From contig CT868681.1 of the NCBI GenBank assembly GCA_000165425.1, positions 186,001-250,000 of the forward strand: 64,000 nucleotides of DNA. Direction: 5' to 3'. A program made the translations under genes and the position numbers. Numbering within the stretch: position 1 is the first letter of the stretch; each line of letters opens with the position of its first letter. The notes under the pieces are model-generated. The model was not told the origin of the DNA, did no database searches, and was given only the letters and a program-made list of their open reading frames with translations. Source of the DNA: Paramecium tetraurelia (Eukaryota). Positions 12,859 through 26,556 of this stretch are shown here, in pieces.

Positions 12859-15610
12859 TCATCCTTTATAAAAATTCTCCAAAAATGCAACAAAGGCTGA
12901 TGCTCTTACATAGCTATACTTTGATATGTCTTATTTCAAATTCGTTGAAGCAGCAGTTAATCCATTTCCTTCATTAATTGTTTTTTTGATAGCTTTTATC
13001 TTCTCATCAAAATAATCTTTATCCAGCCTCTAAGTAGATTTTGATTGAATATATTGATTTATCTGTCTTGAAATTCCATAATATTTGATCCTATACCACA
13101 AGGCCAAACATCCTTTTAGAATAGTTAGTAATGTCAAGATGACTGAGATAAATAGGATTAAACCCTATGGAAGCAGATATAGTTGTATCTAGAACAGAAT
13201 CAATAAACATGCAGTGAATAAAGTATTAAGTACTATCCATTTCAATAGGAACTTAAACTTTTAATAGGCTTTGTCAGAATTGACTGAACTAGAACCTGTA
13301 TTGGTCAGTCCTTTCGTGCCCCATGACAAGTCGTCTATTCTGCAAAACGAATAGATGACAAATAAATGCATATAAGTAGGTTGATAATAAAAGTATGGGA
13401 TCATGGTCAAGGCTGCATTTAATATATTTTAAGGCAGTAGACAGATTGATGACATTATTGGTAGGATTATGGATCCTATAGACACAACCACAAGAACCAA
13501 GTAGTAACTCTGTGGAACTTAAGGTTTCTCCACTATATCATTGAATCCAAAATTGAAGAATATTTCTGAGATTAGCAAATAGATTGTGTATACTACAGTG
13601 CCAAGACTGATGAACCCCAAACAAGTTGACACAAAGAAGAGTCTTGAGAAGTAATAATCCGTCTCTGCCTTCTGTTTATCCGAGGATCCCAACTCTCTAA
13701 TTAATGCAGGATCATAGTTAATAGCCAAATAAATAATCATAAACACCAAATACACATAGAAGGCAATGACTGTTGAAATAATAAAGTTATTTAATCCCAA
13801 ATCTCCAGTATCTACTATAGCATACAGTATCATATATAGCCAAAGAATTTGAAATGACTCCATAAAATATATCATGAGTTACTGAATCTTGGCCTAAGTA
13901 ATAGATAATTTAAATTTTTATCTATCCCACCAAGAATGTTAACTAGAATTTAGATCATCATCGTAATTATCAGATATATAAGACAAAGCATGCCATGATC
14001 CATTAATCCACCGCCTTCTTTGTAGAATCAACGATTTCAACGAACTACATGGATCTACATAAACCAAAGAACTCGCAATATATCTAAGATAGTATCCATT
14101 GCAAAATAACAGTTTACACAGAACTCTGTCTTCAGCTAAAAACATGTTAGCCTCTTATAAGGTTTGGTGTTCATAATTTTGATCCAACACCTACCCCAAA
14201 TATTTATCCAATATAGTATCTTATTTTTGTGGTATGGGTTAATTTCCATTACTCATCCTAGCCTCATCATCTTAATAGTTGTTAAAGAATGCGTTGTATC
14301 TATATGCAGAGAATGCACCAGGAAGGACATGAATAAAATCAAGTGCTGCTTCCGCTTATTTATCAAGCAAATGTGCTATGTCATATTCACAAGATTGACA
14401 TTTTTAAATTGAAAATACCTTGTTTACCAGAATGTTAGTCACAATATCCAATTCTACATCATCTTTATCATCCTCCTCAATCTAAATTCTCATTGTTCCA
14501 CACACTCCCCCCAATTTCGGATTCTGTTCCATTGCCATTATTAGTTAGAATATTGCATCCTTTTAAGGATTAGCACCAACATCCATTAATACACAGTAAT
14601 CTGGGTTGAATATTTTACAAAATCCTTTGAAAAACCACATATGAGATGATAATTTTGAACCATTAGAAAATTTAAACGTATAAAATATAGGGAGTATACC
14701 ATCCAATCCTTTATCCACCAAACCATCTTAATAGACCCACGCCGTATTTTTTCTATTCTATACATAATCTTTGGCCCTGTTATACTAGTCTTCCATCGCA
14801 TCAACAATGTTCTATTCTATCCATTCATCCTGTTCAACCAAATTATATTGCGACCCCTTTAATCTTTCCATTGTCTTTTTCAAAGCCACTCTGTGCTTCT
14901 TATATTTTTTTAGTAATTCATCTGGATGAGCCCTGAGATATTTAATATTTTCTGGCTTGTAATCTTAGAAGCGTTTCAATTATTCCTAATATTAATTGTA
15001 TTAATAGGTTAATGTCTACTCCTATTGAAACCCATATTTCTTATCGATTTCGCTTGAAAAATAGGCTAAAATAAAACTCTACAATTACGAACGATATTGT
15101 CTCGATAAGATCCAGCCACATTATGAACATTAGTGATTCCATCAAAAATTACAGTCACTGCTATTTAATGAGGTGCTATCCCACTAATTATACAAATATC
15201 AAATACATGTCTAAAAGGTGAGTTAAGTTCTTTCCTATGCCAGCCAAAGATTTCTCTAATTCTGATAATTTTTCAGAATACATAGTTATACATATCATAA
15301 CTTTTATTCTATTTTCGTTTTATTAGTCTTAGCAGTTATTTAATAGAGTGCTTATCAATCCTTAGCCCTAATCCTCTTATTTTTGACCTGACCCTTGAAA
15401 AATATCAACAGGTGTTAACGAAGTAGTTGTTCTTTCATCAAATATTCCTTCTTGGTCGTCGGAATGTTGAAAACTATTATTCACTACCATAAATCCCACT
15501 TCTTTATTTAATTCTAATTCTATTGGCTTATACATTTTTTTATGTGCTAGATTATAGTTGGTGTTATCATAAGCTTTATTGAGCTTGCAAGTGATATTCA
15601 AGAGATTCAT
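12859..15610 (-). CDS. Chitin synthase (GT2 family)
   Basis: MICITMYSE, VTVIFDG, HVLPGAFSAYR, NMFLAEDRVLC, LILQRRRWING, DDLSWGTKG and multi-pass TM C-terminus; tiny introns near 15066-15088 and 15185-15207. Confidence 0.93.
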
Positions 15611-15786
15611 AAAGAATTATTATTAATATTACTATTTTCTAATTAATCGATAAGATTTTTGTGTCAATTCAATTATATATTCTATCTAAGAATGCTAGTG
15701 CCAATCGGACTTTCGATGGAAAATATCAATCTCTTTTATAATGATGTTATGATATCTATTATTATTTTGATCAATCAATATGTAAA

Positions 15787-17241
15787 TCAACTTCTAAACT
15801 TTGTCGGATTAGAAGGCCTAGTTTCCTTCTCTTCGAATATTGCCCCCCATATCTCAATCGATGTCAAATTTAAAAACTCTATGTGTGGCTCCAATATATA
15901 GCCCATTTCATAGGTTTAATCGCATGAATTGTTAATGCGATTTGTGGCATTCCCTTTGAGGTTCTCGTCGATCCAAATCCTGAAATTTCCTTTGCCATCC
16001 CCTCCAAACCCTAGACCATAAGGCTAAGGCACCTTCAAATTAAAAGCTCGGCTATTTATATAACCAAAACATTGTTTTGATTTGATATCAAATGTACTCA
16101 TGAATAATTGAAATTTAGGCAGTAACGAAAAGAGGAAGCTTTTCTCGTCGCCAAAGTAAAGTGACACCAAATCATTGGGATTATAGAGGATTCCTAGATA
16201 ATACATACTCAACAATTACCCATGGGATCCTTCTACTGCTTTCTAACAAAATGAGTCTCAATTGTTTAATCAATACTAATATAAGCTCCAAAAACTTGTT
16301 ATTAGAAAGTATCATTTTAGGTTTCATCTTCACGATTTCTAAAAATAAACAGCAATGGCTATTGGGATTCTATTATTATCTCTGTAATATGTTCTAAATC
16401 ATCATACCCTACAGAGGATGAAAATTTGAGATCCAACTACTTAATTCGATTAAAGTCAGGAGAACTCATTTATAATAGTGCAAGTATTTAATCATTCAAT
16501 ATAAAACTAGAAGATGTCAAGGCAGGAATACCATATTTAAAATGAGGATCAATAAATTTTTTTGTAAAATACTATTTGCACATTTTGTTAGCATAAATTA
16601 ATTGTTATTTTGCTAAGCCAATAAACTAGTTAAATGGCAAGGATGCCTTTTAATCAAAAATAGAATTGGCTACACTTCTAGCTGCCAAATCATTTCTTTG
16701 GCTATTTGTTACTTCCTTATTAAAGTAATACACATTCAATAACTCTTTTATCACAGTGCTTCCTTAGGAGTAACTTACTTGAAATCTGAATACAATAAAT
16801 TTGAGTACCTGTTTATTGCTTCCTTCTCATTTTCCAAACAACCCAAACTTATCAATGCAAATAACTCAAATTTCTCAAGGACTCTGAATTTGTAATCGCT
16901 CAAATAGTATTCCTATTATTCTTTTAAGAGGAGTTCCACTAGGCTTTTAGAATGATTGTTTACATGTGATCACGAAATTAGTGTAATCTATCTACTAATT
17001 CTTGCAGCGTTCTCTCATCCAATTATAGAGTTTAATTGAGAAGTCAGGGTTTTCGGGAAACTCCGGGACCATTGATTTCTGGGTCAGATATCCGTTTCTA
17101 TTTAAATCATATTGTGTTGAAATTGTACAATGAATCATGACATTTCAAGAGTTCGAAATAGACTTCCAGAATGTCAAGTTCAGAATCAGCGAATGCCACT
17201 TTGGCATGCTTCTTTATGGCCTTAGACTTTGATCCTCCCAT
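15787..17241 (-). CDS. N-myristoylated TLDc-domain protein (TLDC1/MEAK7-like)
   Basis: Starts MGGSKSK (myristoylation signal); C-terminal YFGDEKSFLFSLLPKF, GLGFGG, FRIWIDENL, IEIWG typical of TLDc domains. Confidence 0.8.
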
Positions 17242-17281
17242 TCTAAAAATAAAATATTTATTTATTAAAATATAAATTATT

Positions 17282-17710
17282 TCAATCATCATCTTCACTA
17301 CTGTCATCCTCTTCGGATGCTTATTTCTTCTACTTTTTGTTTTATGGTTTTTTGGTAACCTTGGTATCATCCTTCTTCTTCTTTCTTTCATTCTTAATCT
17401 TTCCATGCACATCCTCGTAGGCTCTATAAATATATAAATAGATATGAGAACTTCTTTTCTTTTTCAAAGATAGCCTTACTATCCTTGTACTTTTATTCGT
17501 ATTAATCGATTTTATCCTTGGCCAGTTGTTTATACTATTCAGAAATGATTTTTGTGATATCAGTCATTTTCTTGCCTGGATTGGCATCCTTGACTTATTA
17601 ATACACCTCCTATTTGTAAATAAAGAAAGCGCATTATGGTCTTTTGGGTGGTGCCTCCTAAACAAATTATTAATTTATATATATACCTTTTTAGTATTAT
17701 TATCTGTCAT
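17282..17710 (-). CDS. Small single HMG-box protein with basic then acidic tail
   Basis: APPKRPQCAFFIYKQEVYQQVKDANPGKKMTDITKIISEQYKQLAKDKIDQYEQKY...SEEDDSSEDDD*; two tiny introns. Confidence 0.92.
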
Positions 17711-17865
17711 TTGTTTTATGCTAATGTATTTTGTTATTTAAATTGAGATTCAATGCTTTTGTTTTAATTAAAATTTCAATACAAAAAAATCCCTATATAA
17801 TTATAATCAACCAATAAAATTACATAAAACATTCCATCAACTCCTCCCCCTTTAAAATCCATTCA

Positions 17866-17876
17866 TTTCCCGCCAA
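17866..17876. promoter_or_regulatory. Candidate E2F-type site (TTTCCCGCCAA) upstream of the HMG gene
   Basis: Exact match to the TTTSSCGC consensus ~155 nt upstream of the HMG ATG, within a C-rich tract; function not shown. Confidence 0.4.
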
Positions 17877-18880
17877 TTTGCTGCAATTACAAACATAAAA
17901 TTTTATCTGATCAATTATTTTCCTTCCCAATCCCTTTTCCCATCCACCGACCTCCTAAATGCCCCCTTCACTGCCCCTTCTTCAATTCTATCCCCCATTT
18001 CTCAGACCTCAATCACTCTAAATTTAATTTCCTTTGACTTAATCTTTCCAAATATTTTATTAATACTTTCAAATACATAAAAACTACAATGAGAATATTT
18101 ACATACAAAAATTACTCATATTATCAGAAATTTATACATATCAATTAAATATTTAAAGACAATAAATATCATAAATATCAACCTAATCGTTTCATTGTCA
18201 CACCCCTCGGGGCACTCTTATCATCGACCCAAACACCTCTAAATATACTAAATAATGCTTTCAAATGAGAAAATGAAAAACTAACAGAACTTATTAGATA
18301 ATTTATATAAAATACGATTTTAATAAAAATAAATTGCAGATCTATTCATTCAAGTAATCTCCTTTTACTTTGAATCATCGAAGCCTTTCTATCAGAATAA
18401 TATTCTCTCTCAAAATGATACTCTACCCATCCACCTAATTAATAGAGTTTATGCTGGGCTAAAGCAAGTCTACTTTAATTAATATAATGAATTTAAGGTT
18501 TCACTTTAAACTTTGGTGTGAAAGATGATTCAATAATGCATTTCTACTTATCGATATAATTGATGCCTTTTTTAATTATCCTAATTATTCTATTTAGCCT
18601 ATCCTTATCAATAACAAAATTTATTATTAATATTATACTTCTTTGCATCCAAGTTCAAAAAAATGAAATGTTCAGACCCTCTGAATCGTTTCCTTAATGT
18701 GAAAAACTTGTAATAATTGAATTAAAAATATTATAAATAAATTAAGATACGAGAAATAATGAGATTTAATTTTATTCTTTAGATTTGTTGCTGCCACTAA
18801 TTTGGAGATAGAGATTTGAAACTTCATATTCATTTAAACATTGCATAATAATTTTATAATTTAAAATGTTAAATATTCTT

Positions 18881-20039
18881 TCACTTTATTTCAAAAATTA
18901 CAAGAACCATCTATTACTCTTAAAGTTTTTGGGTTTACAATTGTGACTTAGGATGTTTTCCTAAATTATGGTGGTTTTGAGAACACTACACAAGGAGATA
19001 ACTCATAATTAATGTTAAAAGGAATGCACTAAAATTAAGGTAACAATTATACAATTATAGACTAGTGGTTGTACTTTTTCCATTTTATACATTACATTTA
19101 GAAATCAACAATTACTATAATAATATTTGATTCTTCGAATTCAAAGGGTTATCCATACATCACTTGATTTCCACTATTAGGATACATCCTACCACAGTTA
19201 TCGAGTAGATACAAACTAATTATTTAATAAATTAAATACCCTTCAGTTTGATTGGAATCTGTGTGTTAATAATTTTATTTAGCCATGATATCTTTATTAC
19301 AAATACCAATTGAAATATTCCCATCAATTTTATTAATTTTGAATGCAAATTTTGAAACAACTTCTTTACTTAAGCTCTCTTCACATATAGCACATCCATA
19401 TAAATTTGATGTGGCTTATAGTCTCATCTTAGCAAGTTTGATAGATTCGTGTTTTTAAGTTCCAGAAAACTTTATCGATGAATGTTAAAGGAGATGTTTT
19501 TACAAAATATGATTATCCCTTAATTCTTTTTAAGCTGAAATCATACTTAAGCTAAAGCAATTATTTTAGTTTTCAAAAAGATTATTAGGATCGTTGGATT
19601 AAATACGTATGAATTATAATAGACAATTAGTCAAGCAATTTTACAAACTATCAATATTTATTTCTTGCCTTGAGATCACTAATTTATCTTCATTAGATTC
19701 TTATAATTATTTTTTTACCAAGTTATCAACATTACAAAGCATAGATCTAAGAACTTCGCTATATTCTAAGATTTTGAGTAATGTTGTTTCATTTAGATGT
19801 TTTGCTTAGTTTGTGCCTATATTATTCATTGGGCCTTATTCTTTAGTGCTGGCTTTTTTGCTTGGCTTTACGGCCATTCTGTAATCAAAGAGATTAAGCT
19901 TCTTGTTCTTTTTTGTAATATTCCTTTTTATTTATATAATTGACTCCTTCTCATCATTTACTTTTTGTGGCTGTATAAATGGCTGTATTAATGGCTATTA
20001 TTGTGATTCTTCATAACCAAATAGGTTGGATAAATCCAT
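18881..20039 (-). CDS. Hypothetical protein with C-terminal SPRY/B30.2-like domain
   Basis: Open frame from ATG 20039; YGCAICEESL...FAFKINKIDGNISIGICNK...GLYLLDNCG...ELSPCVVF resembles ciliate SPRY-like domains; two 24-nt introns. The start may lie further upstream. Confidence 0.6.
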
Positions 20040-20099
20040 GAGATAATATTAATGGGATGGTTCCTTTAAATAATATTTGATAAATCATAAGATTTATTT

Positions 20100-21482
20100 T
20101 TCTGATGAATACTTGTAGATACATAAAATTAATATAGATAATATAATTAATAAGTTACAAAGGTACTTTTAACTTCAAGGAGAAGGGTCACTTCATCTAA
20201 ATTAGTATACTTGTATTCAGTCTTGCTTTGGGCTGTCATATCAATTTGTAAGAGTTATCTGTATTCAATTCTGTAACATGGACATGATGGAGATTTTATT
20301 AAGGTTTGAATGTTTTCAAAATCCTGCCATTGATAGTTTTCAGAAATCTTAATGAATTAATGTCTTTTCAATTATTCTTTAATAATATTATGTTTATTCT
20401 ATTTTTGATTAAATTATCTAGTAAAATGGAGTTTGCTTTCAATACTATTATTATTTACAAAATCAGTTCTTCACTCTATTTAATATTTCATAAAAACAAC
20501 TTGAGCAACAAATTCATTCAATTTCTCCGTTTAGTTCTTGGCTACCAAATCTTCCCAACCCTATTAATTACTTTGAATCAATAAAAAAGGACTAATTTTC
20601 TGATAGAAGTTCTTAAATTGTAAAAATATATTTAATTCATTTATTTGGATTCTTAATCATATTTGCAAGAAATTATCACATTTAGAAATAAATATTATGA
20701 TTATTATAATATTGTTGATCAATCCATGCTTCAAAGTCATTTTTTTCAAATTCAATCCAATAGGTGTTACGATTGACAATGCTGCTGCTAATCAAAATGG
20801 GGTAATTCATTTCTTTGCCATTATTCAGGGTACTTTACATAGAACATCATTATCTTATTTTTGTATTACAAATATTATCTTAATTTCTATTTCTTCCTAG
20901 ATTTTAAGATGTATAAAGATGCTACAAATTAAATAAATTGAACAACCTTTTTTTTATAAAAACTCAATTAAGTAGCTTTAGAAAATTCTTTTTCTTTATA
21001 CGGTTTCATTTGAATCATCTTTATTCAATATTAGATGCTATTTTAATGCTTGAAATCCAATTATTGATGAAGCAATTCTTCTATAATATTTTACAACTTC
21101 TAGAGGTAAATCAAAATTTTCCATAGCTTAAATTGCATCTCCAACGATATAACGGCATTCATTCTAAAACTTTGATTTTTTTTCCTTCTTCAATTATCTT
21201 CTAAATACGTTTTCCAATTTTTCTTTTATTTTGATTCTATGTAAATAAATTTCTTACTTCTCCTCTTGATCACTCTCCATAATTACATCTTCGTTATTCA
21301 AATCAAAAAGTACTTCCATTTCAGTTGTGCTAAATAAATTTAAATGATTCAAACTTGTCTTCGTAGTTAAAGTTTTCTTAGAAATTGCAAAAACTTAGTG
21401 GCAAAGAATCCTGATTGTTGGATTAAATGTAGTTTGAAATATCTTCATAACCTTCACAGTTGAAAATTTGATCAGCCATCAT
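20100..21482 (-). pseudogene. Hypothetical gene with unresolved frame disruptions
   Basis: Plausible start (MMADQIFNCEGYEDI), a 25-nt intron and long coding-like stretches, but no single spliced frame could be completed; decayed gene or assembly indels. Confidence 0.35.
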
Positions 21483-21789
21483 TTTTATAATATTACTCTA
21501 AATTAATTAATATAAAGCTTCGTTTTAGATGCATGAGTTTATAATGAAACAAATGGAAAATTTGTTACTTGATCCATCAAATTTTGCCTCTTTTCTACTA
21601 ATATTTCTGCTAGCAAAAAATCAAGAAAAGGGACTAAATTTTTCAATGATCTTAAAATAGAAATAATATTATGATTATCTAAAATTCCTCATAAGAACTA
21701 AGACTTTTACTATCTACATACTTTAAAAAGGATTTAGGTATATAAATTAATTGAATTGATTTTATTAGGCAAAATAAATTTTAAATCGT

Positions 21790-22379
21790 TCAAATATCGT
21801 CGATATCTTTCTTGGTTATTTTTTCTTTATTATCTTTGGCAGGTGCTTATGCTTTTTATGGCTATGGCTTTTATGGCTATTATTTTTATATTTATTTTGG
21901 TTCAGAGTCAGAGCTATCATCTGACTCGCTACTACTTAAATCTGAATCAGAACTTGATGATTCTTCTTTATTAACAAATACAACGTTATCTCCAAGATTA
22001 TCACCTCCTCCTTCTTCTAAATTCTTAATATGATAAACTATATTACTTCTGGTATCTCTTTAAGATTTTTGAGCTATTTGATTTCTTCAGGGAAATATTT
22101 ATACACAACATCGCACTTTTCATCTTAAAATTCTCTCAATGCAACAAGCACAATGTCACCATTTTAAATCCAAACCTTACGTCTCATTTTTCCTCTGATG
22201 TGTCCAAGTCTTTATTTACTGTCACCCAAACATACACAGATCAATCTTCCATTTCCCAACAATTTTATAACTTAAGCATAATCCTGTCCATCCTCTTTTG
22301 TCTCCAATTATCTCTTGGTTAAATTTTCATTTTTTCCTCTTCTATAATTCTTACCACCTCTTCCCTTATTTTTGGGCAT
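21790..22379 (-). CDS. EIF1A: Translation initiation factor eIF1A
   Basis: MPKNKGRGGKNYRRGKN, KEDGQDYAQVIKLLGNGRL, GHIRGKMRRKVWI, ends DIDDI*; one tiny intron. Confidence 0.97.
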
Positions 22380-22506
22380 TATTTAAAATTTAATCTTTAA
22401 TAATTTTTATATTTAATTTCTTCAATCATAGCTTATATAAATCTCCGTGTCTTAGAAGAATTTTACAGAGTATTATTAGCAAGACTACTTAACTTAAAAA
22501 TTATAA

Positions 22507-24197
22507 TCATGCTTAAATTTATATATCATTCTATTTACGTGGATTAAAAGGATCTGCATCAATTTGATAATTTTAAATTTATGGATAAGGATTGTAGACT
22601 CCTGGATTATTTTAACCTTAATTATCTAGTTGAGTTATTAATAAATATACTTGGATCTTGATATTTGTTTTATTCCTCTAATCGTTTTCTCTCCTATACA
22701 TATTTGTAAGCAAGGAAAATTCCAACGAGAAAATCAATAAAAACACCAACACAAAATATGATTATGTATATAAAATCAAAGGCGTAAGTTGACGTTATTA
22801 AAAGATCTATAATCTTTTAAAATTCATCCTACATAATATTTTAATTTTACTAGTGTAACTCTATCAGAACAAGCTCTATTAATTAAGTTATTGAAGAAAT
22901 CCACTAATTTTTGGATTGGAGTAAAAGTAAGAATTATTATAACTGCATTGGCTATTTAGGCTGATTCCTTAAAAAAAAATTAAATAAAAAATAAAGTATT
23001 CGATTCTTCAGTTCCTTTCCCTTTTATGAAAAATAAATCAACCCCACACATTGTGCAACAGTTTAAAGTAAACATCAAAATAGTGATGCATACAGAAATG
23101 ATTGAGATTATCATTAAAATTTATTGCTAACTTTCAATTTCATCAAATGAATCTACAGAATCCATTAACTCTTGTTAATATTCTCTGCAAGGCAAACTAA
23201 AATTGATATAATGTCGTCCATATAAACCTAAAACAATATTAATTATATATAACCCCATTGATATTAACTTGATATTTCATAGCCTGGTGCTTATTTGGCA
23301 ATATCTAAAGCATCATTAGCTTAAAAGAAATCCAATTCATTAAATTTATAAATTAATTTAAATCTTGGATCTCTGTCACATTCCAGTCCAGGATCTGAAA
23401 TTAAATCGTAATTAGGTCTTCCTGGTGTAATACTTCTATCATTAACTTTTTTGCAAACTCCATCCCCTTAAGCAATCTTAAATTCAACCAAAGGTAATGT
23501 CATCTCATTTTCTCTAATAATCTAAAAATAATCCTAAGTTCCACTTTCAACAATAGAATTATTTTTAATCTAAAAAATAGGACACTCTTTTTCTTAAGTA
23601 CAATAGAAAAAATCAGATAATGTTCCACATTTTAATTCATTTTCTTTACATTCATTTATTTTTGGTGAATTCAAAGCAAAACTATTATTTCCTTCCTCCC
23701 TTAAACCACAAAGTTTTAATTTCTTAGTACCAGATTCAACTGGTAATATTTTAAAGTCTCTAGAGCTCATTTCATTAATATCTTTACACCCTGCTTCCCT
23801 CATTGAACTATTGCACTCTTATTTGAATAATTCATTAGTTCTATCAAATAACATTCTCCTTGGAGCAATATAGTAATCGTCAAATCTACAATCACATCCC
23901 TATTCTATGCCAGGCCATATGTAATGATTTATATATTCTTCCTTTGATATTTTGAATACTTACATTTTATAAACAATCACCTAGAGTAGATCTAATCGAT
24001 ATAACTGGCAATAAATTCCAATTATGATTAATATTATGCAAATAATCTTAAGCATCTATGATTATCATATAACTGACGATTGAAAATACCATTAAAGTAA
24101 TATTTAGTAAAAGCAGATATATTTAAAAGATAATACGAAATGCAATATTTCCAGGAGTCCTTGATGTTTTTTATCTCTAAATTGCATTATTATTCAT
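22507..24197 (-). CDS. Cys-rich 4-TM membrane protein (family member 2, tandem copy A)
   Basis: YIWPGIEQGCDCRF, NECKENELKCGT, LPLVEFKIAQGDGVC, QWGLYGRHYINF; same architecture and intron sites as member 1. Confidence 0.85.
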
Positions 24198-24595
24198 CAA
24201 AATATAATTATTAATTTTCTTTATCATATAGTTTAATGAAAAAGGTAGGTTTGGTTATATATAATTAACCGAAATTTTAATTTCTTTTTTTTTAGTCTAA
24301 TTTTTCAATATTATTTATCTTATTCAAAGATTAATTAGATTGCAACGAAAATCTGCCAATGGTGGCTCAACTGCTGAGAGCACTAATAAAATCTTGTATA
24401 TAAAAGTTAAAAATTCTATGGAGAAATCATTACGTTACATTTTAAATTCTAACGATTTAAATAGATTTATTGCTTAAAAGATAAGCTATTAAGCATTGAA
24501 AAAATAATATCAATTAAACTAGCCATTTGAAGATATAAGGAAATTTCAAATATTAGAAACATTTTTATTTAATATTTTAATAAAACTAATATAAT

Positions 24596-26412
24596 TCAAT
24601 TCTAGATAGGATTTTAATAGAATTATTAATTTTAGATTGGCTGATTTTGGTAATTGTATTACTATTATTATTAATAATTGGTTTGAGGATATTGTTGTAT
24701 GTATTCTGCCCCAATATTTTATTACTGTTAAGGATAAAAATTTGGCGGATATTGAAAATTATTAAATTATGCATTTAAATTTTCTTATTTAAAAACTTCT
24801 TGATCAGGATTACTCTGAATATTATTCTTTCCTAAAATTCATACTGCATATTTACTCCAGTCTTATTGTTGTTCTTGATTACGTATTTAAGCCAATTTCT
24901 TTCTTTCTTGATAATAACTTTTCAAGAGTAATAATCCAACTATTAAATCTATGCATGCTCCTATAAAAAACATTACAATATATGCCAAATTGTAATTATA
25001 AATCTTTTTTTCTAACACATCTCGTATGGTTTATATGTCATCCTATTCATATATATTTTAAAAAGTACTAATGTTACAACGTCAGAACAGCCTTCATCAA
25101 TTAACTAAGAGTAAAATTTAACTTGAGTGTTTACTGCTGAAAAACTTATAATTGCTATGATGGCTTAAATTAACTAGAAAGTTTCTTTAATTCCAGCTTA
25201 TATACAAAATAAGGTATTTGATTCTTAAGTTCCTTTTCCTTTTATACAAGGTAGATCAACTCCCTTTATTGTACAACAATTTAAAATAAATAAAATAATA
25301 AAAAGCACTAGACAAATGATTGAGATTATCATTAAAACTAATTATTTGATATCAATGTCCTCTAAAACATCTATAGATTCTATAAATTCTTATTAATATT
25401 TTCTGCAACTTAAAGTAAAGTTAATATAATGTCGTCCATATAAACCTAAAATGATATTACTTATATATACCCCATTAATATTAACTTGATATTTCATAGC
25501 CTGGTGCTTATTTAGCAATATCTAAAGCATCATTGGCTTAGAAGAATTTATACTCATTAAATTTATAAATTAATTTAAATCTTGAATCTCTTTCACATTC
25601 AAGTCCAGGATCTGAAATTAAATCATAATTAGATCTTCCAGATGTAATACTTCTATCATTTACTTTTCTACAAACTCCATCCCCTTAAGCAATTTTAAAT
25701 TCAACCAAAGGTAAAGTATAATCATTTTCTCTGAGAATCTAGAAATAATCTTAAGTTCCAAGTTAAAAATTCAAATTATTTTTTATTTAAAAAATAGGAC
25801 ATTCTTTTTCTTTAGTACAATAAAAATAATCTGAAACTGTTCCACATTTTAATTCATTTACTTTACATTCATTTATTTTTGGTGAATTCTATGCAAAGCT
25901 ATTATTTCCTTATTCCCTTTAACCACAAAAACTTAATTTTTTTGTACCAAATTCAACTGGCACACATTTAAAATCTCTTGAACCCATTTCATCAATATCT
26001 TCACATCCTGCATCCCTCATCGTATCATTGCACTCTTTTTGGAATAATTCATCAGTTCTCTCAAATAATATTCTCCTTGGAGCAATATATTAATCTCCAT
26101 CTCTACAATCGCAACCTTAATTTATCCCAGGCCATATGTAATGATTTATATATTCTTCCTTAAATACTTCAAAACTATTACATTTTGTAAACAGTCTCCC
26201 TAAGTTTATCTAATGGATTTGATAGGCAAAGTGTTCCAATTTTAAACAATATTTCTAATATAAATTATATTTTCTGATAATGAAACATAAGCAATAATAG
26301 ATAATACCATTAAGGTGATTCCGAGCGACAATAAATAACATTGAAATACTATTCTGGCTCTGACGTTGCTTGGAATAAGAGATGTTTCAGCTTTCTTTAA
26401 AGAATTGTCCAT
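24596..26412 (-). CDS. Cys-rich 4-TM membrane protein (family member 3, tandem copy B)
   Basis: YIWPGINQGCDCR, NECKVNELKCGT, LPLVEFKIAQGDGVC; Q/Y/P-rich C-terminal tail; direct tandem duplicate of copy A. Confidence 0.85.
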
Positions 26413-26556
26413 TTTGTTTGAATATAAAATTAATATACAAATTTTTAATAACTAATTCTTATAATCATTTAGATAGTACTATTGTTTGATAATAGAAAAG
26501 TTTTATAAATCTCTAAGAAAATTATTTACTAAATTTTAATCTCAAGTTATAATAAA

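Noticed and set aside
20100..21482. TGA read-through or recoding in this disrupted gene
   Set aside because: Disruptions need frame changes rather than simple read-through, and TGA is the normal stop in all well-resolved genes here.
21845..21900. Short tandem repeat (TTTTATGGCTAT-like units)
   Set aside because: It is the coding sequence of the QPQK repeats in the eIF1A tail, not an independent repeat or CRISPR array.
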